DNA of 64,000 nucleotides from Candidatus Bathyarchaeota archaeon. Lineage in GTDB: Archaea > Thermoproteota > Bathyarchaeia > TCS64. The stretch covers positions 320,001-384,000 of the forward strand of contig CAVYLP010000001.1 in assembly GCA_963769425.1 (NCBI GenBank). Reading direction: 5' to 3'. Positions 30,280 to 40,145 of this stretch are shown piece after piece. Within the stretch, counting starts at the first letter, position 1. The number at the start of each line of letters is the position of its first letter. The notes under the pieces were generated by a model. That model saw only the letters and a program-made list of their open reading frames with translations, ran no database searches and was not told where the DNA came from. Position numbers and translations under genes: made by a program.

Positions 30280-30715
30280 ATTATTTCTCACTGAAACCGA
30301 GAAAACGGTTAGCCAAACATTCTAAAATAAAGTCGAAGAGTCACTTTGGGGGTTCAGATTTTATTTCATGTTTGGGCTTTAATTTGAGATCGTATCTTAC
30401 CAAATCGGATAAACTGTCAAACTCCTGTCCGCAAACATGGCATTTGAAGGTGCGTTTCTTTTTCTCTGTTTCCATCTCTTACCACAATTTGAAAGATGTT
30501 GTTAATTATTAATAAACAGGTTAGAAATGGGAGTGGAGTCTGCATTGTTGTTATTAGTTTGAGGTTTCGTCTTTTCTCTCCTTTTTTTGAAAACCTCAAA
30601 CTGTTGATTTTTCGGTCCAATGAATACTATAAACTTGAAACATTAAATATTATCCCTCTGAAAGAGCGGGTATTATTGCCTAAATTTATTAGTTTAAAAT
30701 AGCCCTAAAATTTCG

Positions 30716-30961
30716 TTATCCTACTAATTCCCCAATTAATACAATCGATTCAAGTTTTTCTTCTCCATGTGGTGCCATGGATAATCCCTCACTGATATCT
30801 TGTCCCGCTTTATGCATGCTGAAATGGTCGCCGTTCCCCCATAATCGACTTCCAGTGACATCATAGACTTTCCCATTGTTAGCAATGTACGCGGGCTTAC
30901 CATTCTTGCCATCGTACTGTTTTAACTGTTCAAGTGTAAATTTTTTTAATTCGCTCATCAA
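30716..30961 (-). CDS. Cytochrome b5-like heme/steroid-binding protein
   Basis: FTLEQLKQYDGKNGKPAYIA..GKVYDVT...H.AG.D...APHG. Confidence 0.9.
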   Translation of the reverse strand: MMSELKKFTLEQLKQYDGKNGKPAYIANNGKVYDVTGSRLWGNGDHFSMHKAGQDISEGLSMAPHGEEKLESIVLIGELVG

Positions 30962-31085
30962 ACTCCCTTGACATTGAATAAAAGTAATGTAAATAAAAGT
31001 ACTGGATCTGCTAATTCCATTTTCAAAGATGCCTTTATACTTTATTGCCTTATATCAAACAATGTATCAAATTATTTGAGGAAAA

Positions 31086-32054
31086 TTGGCATCAAGATCT
31101 CTTTTAAATCAACTATTGTTACCGATTAAGACCGATATTAATTGGGTCGAGAAAAAAATCAAAAAACTCACAAACAATAATGGCATAATCCCAAATGATG
31201 ATTTAACCAGGTATATTACTGGAGGAAAACGCCTGAGATCAGCCATTGTTCTCCTTATAGGTAAGATGCTTAACGCAGAGATGGAACCTTTCTATAGCCT
31301 TGCAGCCTCAATAGAATTGCTACACAGCGCAACACTTGCTCACGATGACCTCATAGATGGAGGTAACATGAGGAGAAACCAAGCAATAAGTAACTCACTA
31401 TCACTCCCAATCTCCCTCCTCGCTGGTGACTATCTACTAGCCCGGTCAACATCCGAGCTAGCAAGCCTAAATGATCCCACTCTATTGAAGATCCATTCAA
31501 ATACACTCCTGATGACGTGTGAAGGAGAATATCAGCAATGGCGCTTATCAGGGAAGGCTCTTAGTAAACAGACCTATTACGACATCATTCAGAAAAAAAC
31601 AGCTTCACTTTTCGCTGGATCAGCAGAGATGGCGGCTGTATTATCGGGGACCGACTCCAAGACACGTATTAAACTAAGGGACTATGGATTAGAACTCGGG
31701 ACGCTTTACCAGATTGTAGATGACATCCTAGACTTAATCGGAGATGAGGAAGTTCTAGGTAAAACCCTGAGACTGGACCTCAGGAGAGGCACCTACACTT
31801 TACCAATGATCATCTACCAAGAACATCAACATGGTGAACAGATTCGACCCTCTGGCGAGTTAACCGACTTCCAGATAGCCACAATCATTAAGGCCTTAAA
31901 GAAGTCCGGGGCGCTAGAAGCCTCCTTGAGAGAGGTGGAACATTACGCGGTATCCTGCAAGAAGTCGTTAAGTGGACTACCAGAAGGCATACCTCATAAC
32001 GCGCTCGCGTCGCTAACAGACTACTTGATGGATCAGGTAAAGTCTACTCAATAA
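31086..32054 (+). CDS. Trans-polyprenyl diphosphate synthase (long chain)
   Basis: GGKRLR, FARM HDDLID..RR, KKTA, SARM DDILD. Ala at position -5 of the FARM. Confidence 0.9.
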   Translation: MASRSLLNQLLLPIKTDINWVEKKIKKLTNNNGIIPNDDLTRYITGGKRLRSAIVLLIGKMLNAEMEPFYSLAASIELLHSATLAHDDLIDGGNMRRNQAISNSLSLPISLLAGDYLLARSTSELASLNDPTLLKIHSNTLLMTCEGEYQQWRLSGKALSKQTYYDIIQKKTASLFAGSAEMAAVLSGTDSKTRIKLRDYGLELGTLYQIVDDILDLIGDEEVLGKTLRLDLRRGTYTLPMIIYQEHQHGEQIRPSGELTDFQIATIIKALKKSGALEASLREVEHYAVSCKKSLSGLPEGIPHNALASLTDYLMDQVKSTQ

Positions 32055-32058
32055 CAAT

Positions 32059-32751
32059 TCAAGTTTTAGTAGCCCAAACCAGACCCGCGGTTTCGAAGCT
32101 AAGCCGCCTACTATTAACTCCCTTAAAGCCGAACTCCATGAGGGCCTCCTCAAACTCGTCTATCCAACGAGTCTTCCTAATGAGGTCACTCAAACCCTTG
32201 TTGAAAACGGTGTGCCACTCCGGATATAGAATCGACCCGACTTGGTTCATCCCCCAAACGTAGATTGACCAGAAGTTAAGATACAGTGGATTGATGGGTT
32301 GGGTGAAGTCATGAGCGATGAAGACTCCACCCCTACGAAGATGCGATACAACATTATTGAGCAGGAGCTCGGGGTCGACGTATTTTGCTAGGTACGATGA
32401 GACGATGACATCGAACTCTCCCTGAAGACTAACGGTCTCTGCATTACCTAAGATCGGTTGAGCGTTGATCCAGGGGTTTTCTTTAAGGCGCTCACGGTAG
32501 ACCGCGAGGTAATCCTCGGTGATGTCTACGCCGACGATCTCCGCGGTGGGGTACTTTTTCGCAAGGTACTCGGTGACTATACCTGTGCCGCAGCCGAGGT
32601 CAAGTATCCTCCCCGATTGAGGCACCAGCTTCAGCATCTCCTCTTTCCAGTAGGAATCTAGCCCAAGCGTGAATGTCTGAACTACTTTATCGTAGCTATT
32701 ACCCGTCTCCGAGAAGAAGGAGCTGACCAGCCTCTCCCTGTTAACGCCCAC
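32059..32751 (-). CDS. Class I SAM methyltransferase, UbiE/MenG-like
   Basis: FF.....YD......TLG.D..WK, ILDLGCGTG, GNAE, HDFTQP. Confidence 0.8.
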   Translation of the reverse strand: MGVNRERLVSSFFSETGNSYDKVVQTFTLGLDSYWKEEMLKLVPQSGRILDLGCGTGIVTEYLAKKYPTAEIVGVDITEDYLAVYRERLKENPWINAQPILGNAETVSLQGEFDVIVSSYLAKYVDPELLLNNVVSHLRRGGVFIAHDFTQPINPLYLNFWSIYVWGMNQVGSILYPEWHTVFNKGLSDLIRKTRWIDEFEEALMEFGFKGVNSRRLSFETAGLVWATKT

Positions 32752-32804
32752 CAGCGCGCACCCCTATTGACAAACGTCACATGATTTCCGGGGTTTATAC
32801 ATAT

Positions 32805-33770
32805 TCATAGGAGACTCCTGACCAGTCTCAAGGAATCCCTGAGACCTATCCTAATACCCATCCTCCGAGAGTTCCTAAGTATGACCAGTGCATCAATGAG
32901 GCCAGGTGATTTTCTAGCCGCAATCTTATCGACCACCCTGCGCTCCCTCTCCATCCAGTTAAACTCTTTCAAAATCGCCCTAGTATAGCCTTCTGGATCC
33001 TCCCAGTTACGCATGAGCAACTTCGCACAAGTCATCCCGGATATCACACCATCACCAGCCAAGGGGCCAACACACCCGATAGCCTCACCCACCCCCCAAA
33101 CATCGGGAATCCCCTTCACAAAGAAGGGCTTTGAGCCAATGGGCCCAGTGAGGCGCATCTGGCCGCTGCATCCACAGATTATCTCGGAGAAGTTGTCACC
33201 AATCCATTCCAGATGACTAAATAGCTCCTCAGGATCACCGTACAGACTCCCACATCCAACATGACATTTCCCGCCTCCAAGGGGAAAGCACCAAGCGTAA
33301 CCTCCGCCCCCGGGCTTAATTTTCAACTCTGGTGCTATCTTTGATGCTAGTCTCAACTGTTTACAATTAATGATGACATCGTATTTGATCGGGGGGAGGA
33401 AAGCTCTAGCTACCCCTGTGGCATCAATCACCCTATCATAATTCTTCGGGTTAAGAGGTGTGTAATGAACCTCAACATTTTCTGAAAGATCATTCACGAA
33501 ACGAGGCTTGTCGAAGGTCATTATCTCCGCTGGTACTCTCACATCATCGAATATCACTGAGTTGAACCTCTCCAGAATGTATTCATCGGGATCAAGGCCA
33601 GCCTCATTCACCAGATCAGAAAACTCCCTCGAGGTCCCCCATGCACATGGGTGAAGACCACACAGTGTTTGCCTCTTTATCTCATAGACGTCTACGTGAT
33701 AATCTTCCTTACTGAGTAGTCTTAGGAGGTAGGAGCCGGCTATGCCCATCCCTGCAATCGCGATTCTCAT
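32805..33770 (-). CDS. Geranylgeranyl-reductase-family FAD oxidoreductase
   Basis: IAGMGIAG, DATG, GYAWCFP, VGEAIGCVGPLAGDG. Confidence 0.8.
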   Translation of the reverse strand: MRIAIAGMGIAGSYLLRLLSKEDYHVDVYEIKRQTLCGLHPCAWGTSREFSDLVNEAGLDPDEYILERFNSVIFDDVRVPAEIMTFDKPRFVNDLSENVEVHYTPLNPKNYDRVIDATGVARAFLPPIKYDVIINCKQLRLASKIAPELKIKPGGGGYAWCFPLGGGKCHVGCGSLYGDPEELFSHLEWIGDNFSEIICGCSGQMRLTGPIGSKPFFVKGIPDVWGVGEAIGCVGPLAGDGVISGMTCAKLLMRNWEDPEGYTRAILKEFNWMERERRVVDKIAARKSPGLIDALVILRNSRRMGIRIGLRDSLRLVRSLL

Positions 33771-33773
33771 TTT

Positions 33774-34472
33774 TTATCCTCCAATCAGAAAACCGGATAG
33801 TGCCAGGATCGCGAGGAGATAACTCGTTAAACAGAGGAGCTGCAATGCTCGCTCCGGCTTTTGTGCAAAGATCTTTAGTGTAGGATCCTCTTGGGATTGT
33901 TTCCTGATTAGTCGAGAATGTCGGGATAGGGTGATCTCGATCGCTGAGATTAATGTGGCAAGAAACGCCCAGGGGATGAAGGAGTATCCGATAGTCAGGG
34001 TGTTAACATAAGATCCCACCAATACCGGAATAAATCCGAAGGAAATCGAGAACCAAAAGTCGTTATGGAAGAAGCCATTCAGGAACCTCCCGTTGGGGTA
34101 GGCATAGGTGAAGAATGATTGCAATGGAATCATCCAGAGTAGGTGCCAAGCCCCGAGCATAATCATCCAATAAACTCCCAGGAGGATCCCTCCAACTAAT
34201 GCAGAGACGCCTAAAATGGTGAGCGTCCTCGGGGTCAGCTGTTTAACATAGATGCTCCCTCTGCCTGGAATTTGATCGAATGAGTGAGCAGCTAAACCAA
34301 GACCAAGAAAATAGGCAATGGTTATGCCGACTACCGCATCCCACCTAGTAACACCACCTAATCCAAACCCAATTGCCAGGAAGCTCAGGCTCATCAGGGT
34401 GTAGGGTAAGTGTAGAATGGTCCAGAGCTCCGCCCACTTGGAGCCAGTCGCTTGGTACCAGGTTTGACCCAT
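33774..34472 (-). CDS. UbiA-like membrane prenyltransferase-family protein
   Basis: LHLPYT, AAHSFDQ..GR, YP....GFFHNDFWF; about 7 TM helices; operon context. Confidence 0.55.
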   Translation of the reverse strand: MGQTWYQATGSKWAELWTILHLPYTLMSLSFLAIGFGLGGVTRWDAVVGITIAYFLGLGLAAHSFDQIPGRGSIYVKQLTPRTLTILGVSALVGGILLGVYWMIMLGAWHLLWMIPLQSFFTYAYPNGRFLNGFFHNDFWFSISFGFIPVLVGSYVNTLTIGYSFIPWAFLATLISAIEITLSRHSRLIRKQSQEDPTLKIFAQKPERALQLLCLTSYLLAILALSGFLIGG

Positions 34473-34750
34473 TCTCTTAAAACTAGATACAATGAATTAA
34501 ATAAACTACCATGAAAATTGCAAGGGATGTAATTAAAAAGAGATTTTAGATATTCAACGAGGTAAAGTTTCTCTTGAGTCGCGCAGACTTGGTCTTGTAG
34601 ATGCTCCCTTCATAGCAGTTGGGGATATAGATGGAGATTTCGGCGTCTCTAATTTGAAAATTTGATAGTATTTTCAATTAACATCCATGCTTTGGGCTAA
34701 ATACATAAACAATAAAATCAGCGCTCTGTTTCAAAACATGGTAAAGTCTC

Positions 34751-34951
34751 TTGGCTATAGATCCTATCTGTGGAATGACGGTAGACGAAAAGACAGCGAA
34801 GTGGACGACAACCTACAAGGATAAGACGTACTACTTCTGTGGACCAATATGTAAAGAGGAATTTGACTCAAACCCAGAAAAATATGTTCTCCAGGGGCTA
34901 AAAAACCTACAAAAACAGAATAAAACCATGTCAGCTAACGATTTTACGTAA
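34751..34951 (+). CDS. YHS domain protein
   Basis: DPICGMTV...YYFC...CKEEF..NPEKY. Confidence 0.9.
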   Translation: MAIDPICGMTVDEKTAKWTTTYKDKTYYFCGPICKEEFDSNPEKYVLQGLKNLQKQNKTMSANDFT

Positions 34952-34983
34952 CATATATTATCTAAGGTTCCCAAACGAAAAAC

Positions 34984-35286
34984 ATGACCGCAGATTTATC
35001 ACTCAAGATGGGTATGCGCAGACTCTGGTCAGACCACGTGTTTTGGACCAGAATGTACATCGTAGCAGCGGCCGCCGGGACCCCCGACGCAGAAGCAGCT
35101 GCAGGTAGACTCCTCAGAAACCAGGAGGACATCGGTAACGCAATCGTCCCATATTATGGGAAAGCAGCTGGGACAGGGCTCACAGACCTTCTGAAGCAGC
35201 ACATTATGATTGCTGTTGACAGACCCAAAGCCATAGCGGCCGATATGCTAGGTTATTATCTGCTGGTGCAACATTCTAAATATTAG
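34984..35286 (+). pseudogene. Truncated four-helix (hemerythrin/ferritin-like) protein
   Basis: MRRLWSDHVFWTR..RLLRNQEDIGNA..YYG..LT.LLKQHI is the N-terminal half of a recalled family. Similarity stops at GAC|AGAC (about 35220). Confidence 0.55.
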
Positions 35287-35306
35287 TTTTATCGAAAGAA
35301 TCAACT

Positions 35307-36248
35307 ATGAAGCTAGGATTCTACACGAACTACGACGAGAAGACGGTAGAGTTCGCACAAAAGGTTGGCTTTCGCTCGATGGAGCTCTCGACGTGGCCCG
35401 ACTCGAGCCTAAACGCCGACAAGGTCACAGACAGACGAATCAAGGAGGTAAAGAAGGACCTCAAGGACCACGACATCGAGATATCCGCCCTCGGCTACTA
35501 CCCCAACTACCTCGAACCCAACAAGACCAACGCGAAGGAAGCCACCCGATACTTCTACAAGGTGATGGAGCTCGCCAACAGGATGGACGTCGACGTCGTC
35601 TGCACCTTCGCGGGACGATACCCCGAGAAGTCGATAAAGGAGAACATACCCCTCTTCGAGGAGGCCTTCACACCCTTCTGCGCGGAAGCCGAGAAGCGGG
35701 GCATCAAAATCGCAATCGAGAACTGCCCAATGATGGACAGATTCTACCTCCGCGGCGAGAACATCGCAATAAGCCCAGAGGTCTGGGACGAGATGTACAA
35801 GGTCGTAAAGTCAAAGTCCCTCGGCATCGAACTCGACCCAAGCCACATGATCTGGCAGAGAATCGACTACGTGCAGGCCATCTACGACTACGGGGACCGC
35901 ATCTTCCACATCCACGCCAAGGACATGGAGATCAACCACAAGGTACTCAAACGCGTCGGTATCATAGGGCAAGCCTTCGGGGAGACAGTCGGCCTCGGCC
36001 ACGGCTGGTGGAGGGCGCGCCTACCCGGCTGGGGAGAGATGGACTGGCCGAAGTTCCTCACCGCCCTCATAGAGACAGGCTACAAGGGCAACATAGACAT
36101 TGAGCATGAGGACGACGTCTTCGCCGCGGCATACGCGAAGGAGCACATCGACACAGAGTCCGGCATCGTCGAGATGTATGGCCGCGAGGAGAAGGGACTA
36201 ATCCTGGGCTACAACACCCTCTCCAAGCTGATGCCCGTGGAAGATTAG
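35307..36248 (+). CDS. Sugar phosphate isomerase/epimerase (xylose-isomerase-like TIM barrel)
   Basis: IENCP, DPSH, HIHAKD, PGWG, IEHED. Confidence 0.9.
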   Translation: MKLGFYTNYDEKTVEFAQKVGFRSMELSTWPDSSLNADKVTDRRIKEVKKDLKDHDIEISALGYYPNYLEPNKTNAKEATRYFYKVMELANRMDVDVVCTFAGRYPEKSIKENIPLFEEAFTPFCAEAEKRGIKIAIENCPMMDRFYLRGENIAISPEVWDEMYKVVKSKSLGIELDPSHMIWQRIDYVQAIYDYGDRIFHIHAKDMEINHKVLKRVGIIGQAFGETVGLGHGWWRARLPGWGEMDWPKFLTALIETGYKGNIDIEHEDDVFAAAYAKEHIDTESGIVEMYGREEKGLILGYNTLSKLMPVED

Positions 36249-36314
36249 TCACGCGAAAAAGGCTCGCTTTTTTATTTATATAAATACATCTAAATCCAAG
36301 CAAGTCATCAGATA

Positions 36315-36800
36315 ATGCCCGGAGGAGTCGCAGTGATAGGTCCGATACAGGTCGAGATTCTCAGACGCTTACACGACTCCCCAGACGGCATACCCCTCGA
36401 CACCCTCCTGAAGGAGTACAGGTACAAGCAGGGGGGCGAGAGAAGTCTCTCAAGACTCGAGAAGTCGGGCAACATCAGAATAACGAATGGGGTCGTTCAC
36501 TTTGAGAACTTCCCCCCCGAGATGGAGACACGCGTCACGATAAAGGCGTACTCCGCCGAGCAGCTCGAGGAGTTCGACGACCTCACAAGGATGAACCTCC
36601 TCTACCTCTACCAGGACGAACTCGCAAAATATCAGGACGGGATCGTACCAGCGAATGCTCTACCACATGGGGTACGTCGAAGCCTACAGCACCTCGGCGT
36701 CATAAAGTGGAAGATACTCGAGCTCACGGACCTCGGCCGCAGGCTCCTAGGCGAGATAATGTCGAGGACGACGCCGATGCAGCAGGCGATAGGATACTAA
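36315..36800 (+). CDS. Hypothetical protein with winged-helix-like repeats
   Basis: LSRLEKSGNI and LQHLGVI..LELTDLGRRLL patterns. Confidence 0.55.
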   Translation: MPGGVAVIGPIQVEILRRLHDSPDGIPLDTLLKEYRYKQGGERSLSRLEKSGNIRITNGVVHFENFPPEMETRVTIKAYSAEQLEEFDDLTRMNLLYLYQDELAKYQDGIVPANALPHGVRRSLQHLGVIKWKILELTDLGRRLLGEIMSRTTPMQQAIGY

Positions 36801-36858
36801 AAATCAACTGGAACCCTCCTCGGGTTTTCAGAAAATAAACAGATAAAAAAAACGTTAA

Positions 36859-36874
36859 CGCGGGTATCCCCGCG
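36859..36874. terminator. GC hairpin CGCGGG-TATC-CCCGCG downstream of the CxxC-x17-CxxC gene
   Basis: Inverted repeat next to an A-tract (T-tract on the minus strand) between convergent genes. Confidence 0.4.
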
Positions 36875-36894
36875 CTCATGGCTCACTTTACGGC

Positions 36895-37065
36895 TTAGAA
36901 CCTTCTCGGTGGCCTGTGCTTGGCGAAGCACTCTTGACAGTAGACCGGACGGCCCTCTGTCGGCTTGAAGGGGACTTCCGTCTCCTTACCGCAGTCAGAG
37001 CACGTTACCTTGTGCATCTCGCGTGGTCCACTGTTGAAGCTGCTTCGTCTATCTCTATAACCCAT
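36895..37065 (-). CDS. CxxC-x17-CxxC zinc-binding small protein (56 aa), not in the ORF track
   Basis: MGYRDRRSSFNSGPREMHKVTCSDCGKETEVPFKPTEGRPVYCQECFAKHRPPRRF. Confidence 0.9.
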   Translation of the reverse strand: MGYRDRRSSFNSGPREMHKVTCSDCGKETEVPFKPTEGRPVYCQECFAKHRPPRRF

Positions 37066-37157
37066 TTCATTCACTCCTTTGCTGTATAGCGGTCACCTAG
37101 AAGGCTCCCAATATACACGCATGCCATCACGCGCCCGCCTTTTAAAGATAATGTATG

Positions 37158-38378
37158 TTAAACCCGCTCCAGAGTTGAGTTCCTTCTTTGCATGACCTTA
37201 TCAACAATCCTGCGGAGTCCCTCGTAGTCGGCCCTCAGGAAGTCGGAGTCGTCGAAGCCCTCCAACTCCGGCGGGATAACGCCCCTAGCCTTCGCCTCCT
37301 TAAGCTGAAGCCTAAGACGAGCCGCCTCGGAGATCACCTTCCTCCGCTCAATGTTCGCCGGAGGATCCTGAACAAGTTCGCTCATGAGGTAGGCCTCCGC
37401 CCTGGTACCGATCGGTTTAACGTATGAGGCGTCGTCCGGGATTCCCCCGAAGGAGGCGTCGTGGGGCTCAAGCTGATACCAGTAGGCGAGGCTGGAGTAG
37501 TCCTGCTGAAGCATATTACTGCTGCCGTGCTCAATTGTGACCCGAATGTCCTCGGTGAAGGGGATGGGGTCGGGAATGTGCAGCCTATAGGCGCAGTACT
37601 TGCTGTTCATCTTGTCCCCGACGGTGAGGCCGTGGAAGGGTGCGGAGAATGGGCCGTTCTCCCAGTACCAGCCCCCCTGGAAGTAGTCCTCGGTGCCGGT
37701 CCCCTTGATGCTGGGCTCCGCCTCGCCGTCCACCCAGATCATCTCGTCCCCCTCCAGCATCTGGCGGCTCCCCTTATCGTACTCCTGCATACTGAGGACG
37801 ACACCGCAGTAGTGGCCCCGCCCTTTGGCCTCCAAGATTGTGTAGTTCTCGCCAATCGTGGTGGGGTTCTCCCTTCTCCACTTGGCGTGGAACCTAGGCA
37901 CGTTTTCGTCGACCTCAGTTTCATGTATCTGTATGCCGAAGTATAGGTGTGAGATATCGACCTCGCCGATGTTCCTCGCCTCAAATCGTGCCCCCTTCGT
38001 GAAGGGCATCGGCCAGTAGCTGTAGAAGCCGCCGCTCGTCACGCCCTGTATCAGGCTCGTGTTCTGGGCGTACTCGCTGAATCCGACTCCGAAGAAGTCC
38101 CCGAAGGGGGTCTCGACGCTCGGATTCTCCTCACCATCCCAGTAGAAGCGGAGGATGAGCTTCCTATAAACGTCCTTGTCTGGGCACATCACAGTGAACC
38201 AGGCGCGGGATACCCACCCCGAGCCCTTCACCTCACCGAGCTTAACCGTCTTCCCAGCGGGGACGGGGATAAAGTCCATGTTGCCGCCGGTGGGATCACT
38301 ACTGGAGAGCTGCTTCGTTTTCCACGTCTTTAAACCGGGTAAGTCTGATGCACCAAAACCGCCGACGCTTGAGAACAT
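37158..38378 (-). CDS. DUF2961 / GH172 glycoside hydrolase family
   Basis: SSSDPTGGN.D, LRFYWDGEE.PSVE.P.GDFFG, EGDE, GTGTEDYF. Confidence 0.9.
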   Translation of the reverse strand: MFSSVGGFGASDLPGLKTWKTKQLSSSDPTGGNMDFIPVPAGKTVKLGEVKGSGWVSRAWFTVMCPDKDVYRKLILRFYWDGEENPSVETPFGDFFGVGFSEYAQNTSLIQGVTSGGFYSYWPMPFTKGARFEARNIGEVDISHLYFGIQIHETEVDENVPRFHAKWRRENPTTIGENYTILEAKGRGHYCGVVLSMQEYDKGSRQMLEGDEMIWVDGEAEPSIKGTGTEDYFQGGWYWENGPFSAPFHGLTVGDKMNSKYCAYRLHIPDPIPFTEDIRVTIEHGSSNMLQQDYSSLAYWYQLEPHDASFGGIPDDASYVKPIGTRAEAYLMSELVQDPPANIERRKVISEAARLRLQLKEAKARGVIPPELEGFDDSDFLRADYEGLRRIVDKVMQRRNSTLERV

Positions 38379-38549
38379 AGTAGAGTCTTAGATCGATGGA
38401 AGTATGAACATTTTGGGGTCAGAGAACACCATGACTATATGAGAAACTATTATTACATGGGTTTAAAATCAAATAAAGTAATTTTATGTCTTCAATATAT
38501 TTTTGAATGTAGTTTAAGATCCTTTCATGATAGGAGTCGACCATTCGTG

Positions 38550-39032
38550 GTGAAGGTTTTCGTTGTTTATGACACAAAGTATGGCAACACTAAACTCGTA
38601 GCAGAGAAGATCGTGGATGGAATGAGGGTGGTTAAAGGAATAGAGACTGCTATCTCTGATGTCAAGGATGTCGACATTAAGGAGGTAGCTAGTTCGGATG
38701 CGGTACTGATAGGGTCACCGAACCATTTTGATGGACCCGCCCGCGGGATTGTCGCGTTCATCGATAAACTCGGTAAATTTGATAATAAGATGAAGGGAGT
38801 TGCGGTTTACGATACGCACTTGGCCGAGGATAAGGGTGCGTACATTAAAATGGAAAAGAAGATAAGCGAAAAAGTTCCGGGCTTGAAGCTGATGACTCCT
38901 AGCTTATCGATTAAAGTTGACGGAATGAAGGGTCCAATCCCAGAGGGCGAACTATCTAAATGTGTAGAGTTCGGAAAGAAAATAGCGAATCAAATCAAAT
39001 GTGATGGCTTTCCAAAACGCACGCGCAATTGA
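38550..39032 (+). CDS. Flavodoxin family protein
   Basis: VYDTKYGNTKLVAE, IGSPN. GTG start inferred. Confidence 0.85.
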   Translation: MKVFVVYDTKYGNTKLVAEKIVDGMRVVKGIETAISDVKDVDIKEVASSDAVLIGSPNHFDGPARGIVAFIDKLGKFDNKMKGVAVYDTHLAEDKGAYIKMEKKISEKVPGLKLMTPSLSIKVDGMKGPIPEGELSKCVEFGKKIANQIKCDGFPKRTRN

Positions 39033-39097
39033 ACACGGATTCCGTTAACTCTAAAAGTATAGGTAGTTCATGAGGAAATTGTATAAGGTAATAAAAA

Positions 39098-40085
39098 ATG
39101 ACTGAGGCTCAACAATTTGTGGAGAAAGAGGTAGAATGGCTCGTCGATGATATCCCCGTATTCGGTACTCTGACGCGACCAAAAACGGAGAAGCCACACT
39201 CAGCGGTAGTCTTCGTAGCAGGCAGTGGCCCAACGGACCGAGACTGGTGCTCACCGCTCCTACCTGGAAAAAACGGCAGCGCCAAACTACTGGCTGCGGA
39301 ACTGGCGGCTAAGGGCATGATAACACTGCGTTACGACAAACGGGCTTCCGGGCCACATGTCAGAGAGAACATCCCCAAGATGATAGGCAAAATAAGCATG
39401 CAGAGTCACGTCGACGAGTTATCTGGAGCAGTAAAAACTCTACTCGCCGAGGGACTGACGGACCCGCGTAACCTGTTTGTACTCACCAATAGCGAAGGGA
39501 CGATCCACGCCTTGAACTATCAGCTTCAGGCGAAGGACAACCAGTTTAAGGGACTGGTGCTTACGGGTGCCCCCGGAAGATCCATTGGCGACGTGGCGCG
39601 AATGCAGGTTGATGCCCAGGTGAAATCGTTGCCATACGCCGAAACAATCATGAAGCATTACGATGAGGCGATCGCCTCTTTCATTGAGGGAAAACCGGTG
39701 ATTCCAGATGCGAGTCTTCCAGAAGGCATCAAGATGCTGCTGAGTAGTTTAACGGTTCCAGCTAACCTCCCTTTTGCGCGTGAACTATGGGCTTACAATT
39801 CATCAGAGTATATTTGGAAATGTAAAGGAGCCGATGTTGATCATTATTGGCAAGAAAGACGTTCAAGTAGATTGGGTGTTGGATGGCCAGGCCCTAGAAA
39901 GGGCGACTGCGAATGGAGGAAATGCATCCTTCGTTTACCCCGAAAACGCGAACCACGTTCTTAAACACGAGGAGACGCCCCGAGATAAACTAACTGCTGA
40001 AGCTTCTCTACATTACAATGAAGAAGGTCGCATTCTTGATAGAGACGCAGTGAATGCGATAAATGATTGGTTGTCTGATAAGTGA
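39098..40085 (+). pseudogene. Alpha/beta hydrolase split by a +1 frameshift near 39813
   Basis: AGSGPTDRD, RYDKR and nucleophile TNSEG; GKKDVQV and NHVLK lie in the second frame. Confidence 0.8.
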
Positions 40086-40145
40086 GGTTTTAATTTCAAT
40101 CAGCAAGTTCAAATGTTAACCGGTGTTCCCTCGACGAGCAAATAC

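Noticed and set aside
34819-34827. Extra GGATAAGAC copy
   Set aside because: Lies inside the YHS coding sequence (KDKT); a 9-mer is expected by chance at this window size.
35393-36103. 236-aa overlapping ORF and similar long shadow ORFs (25785-26513, 41481-42089, 51193-51816)
   Set aside because: Alternate-frame artefacts of GC3-biased real genes.
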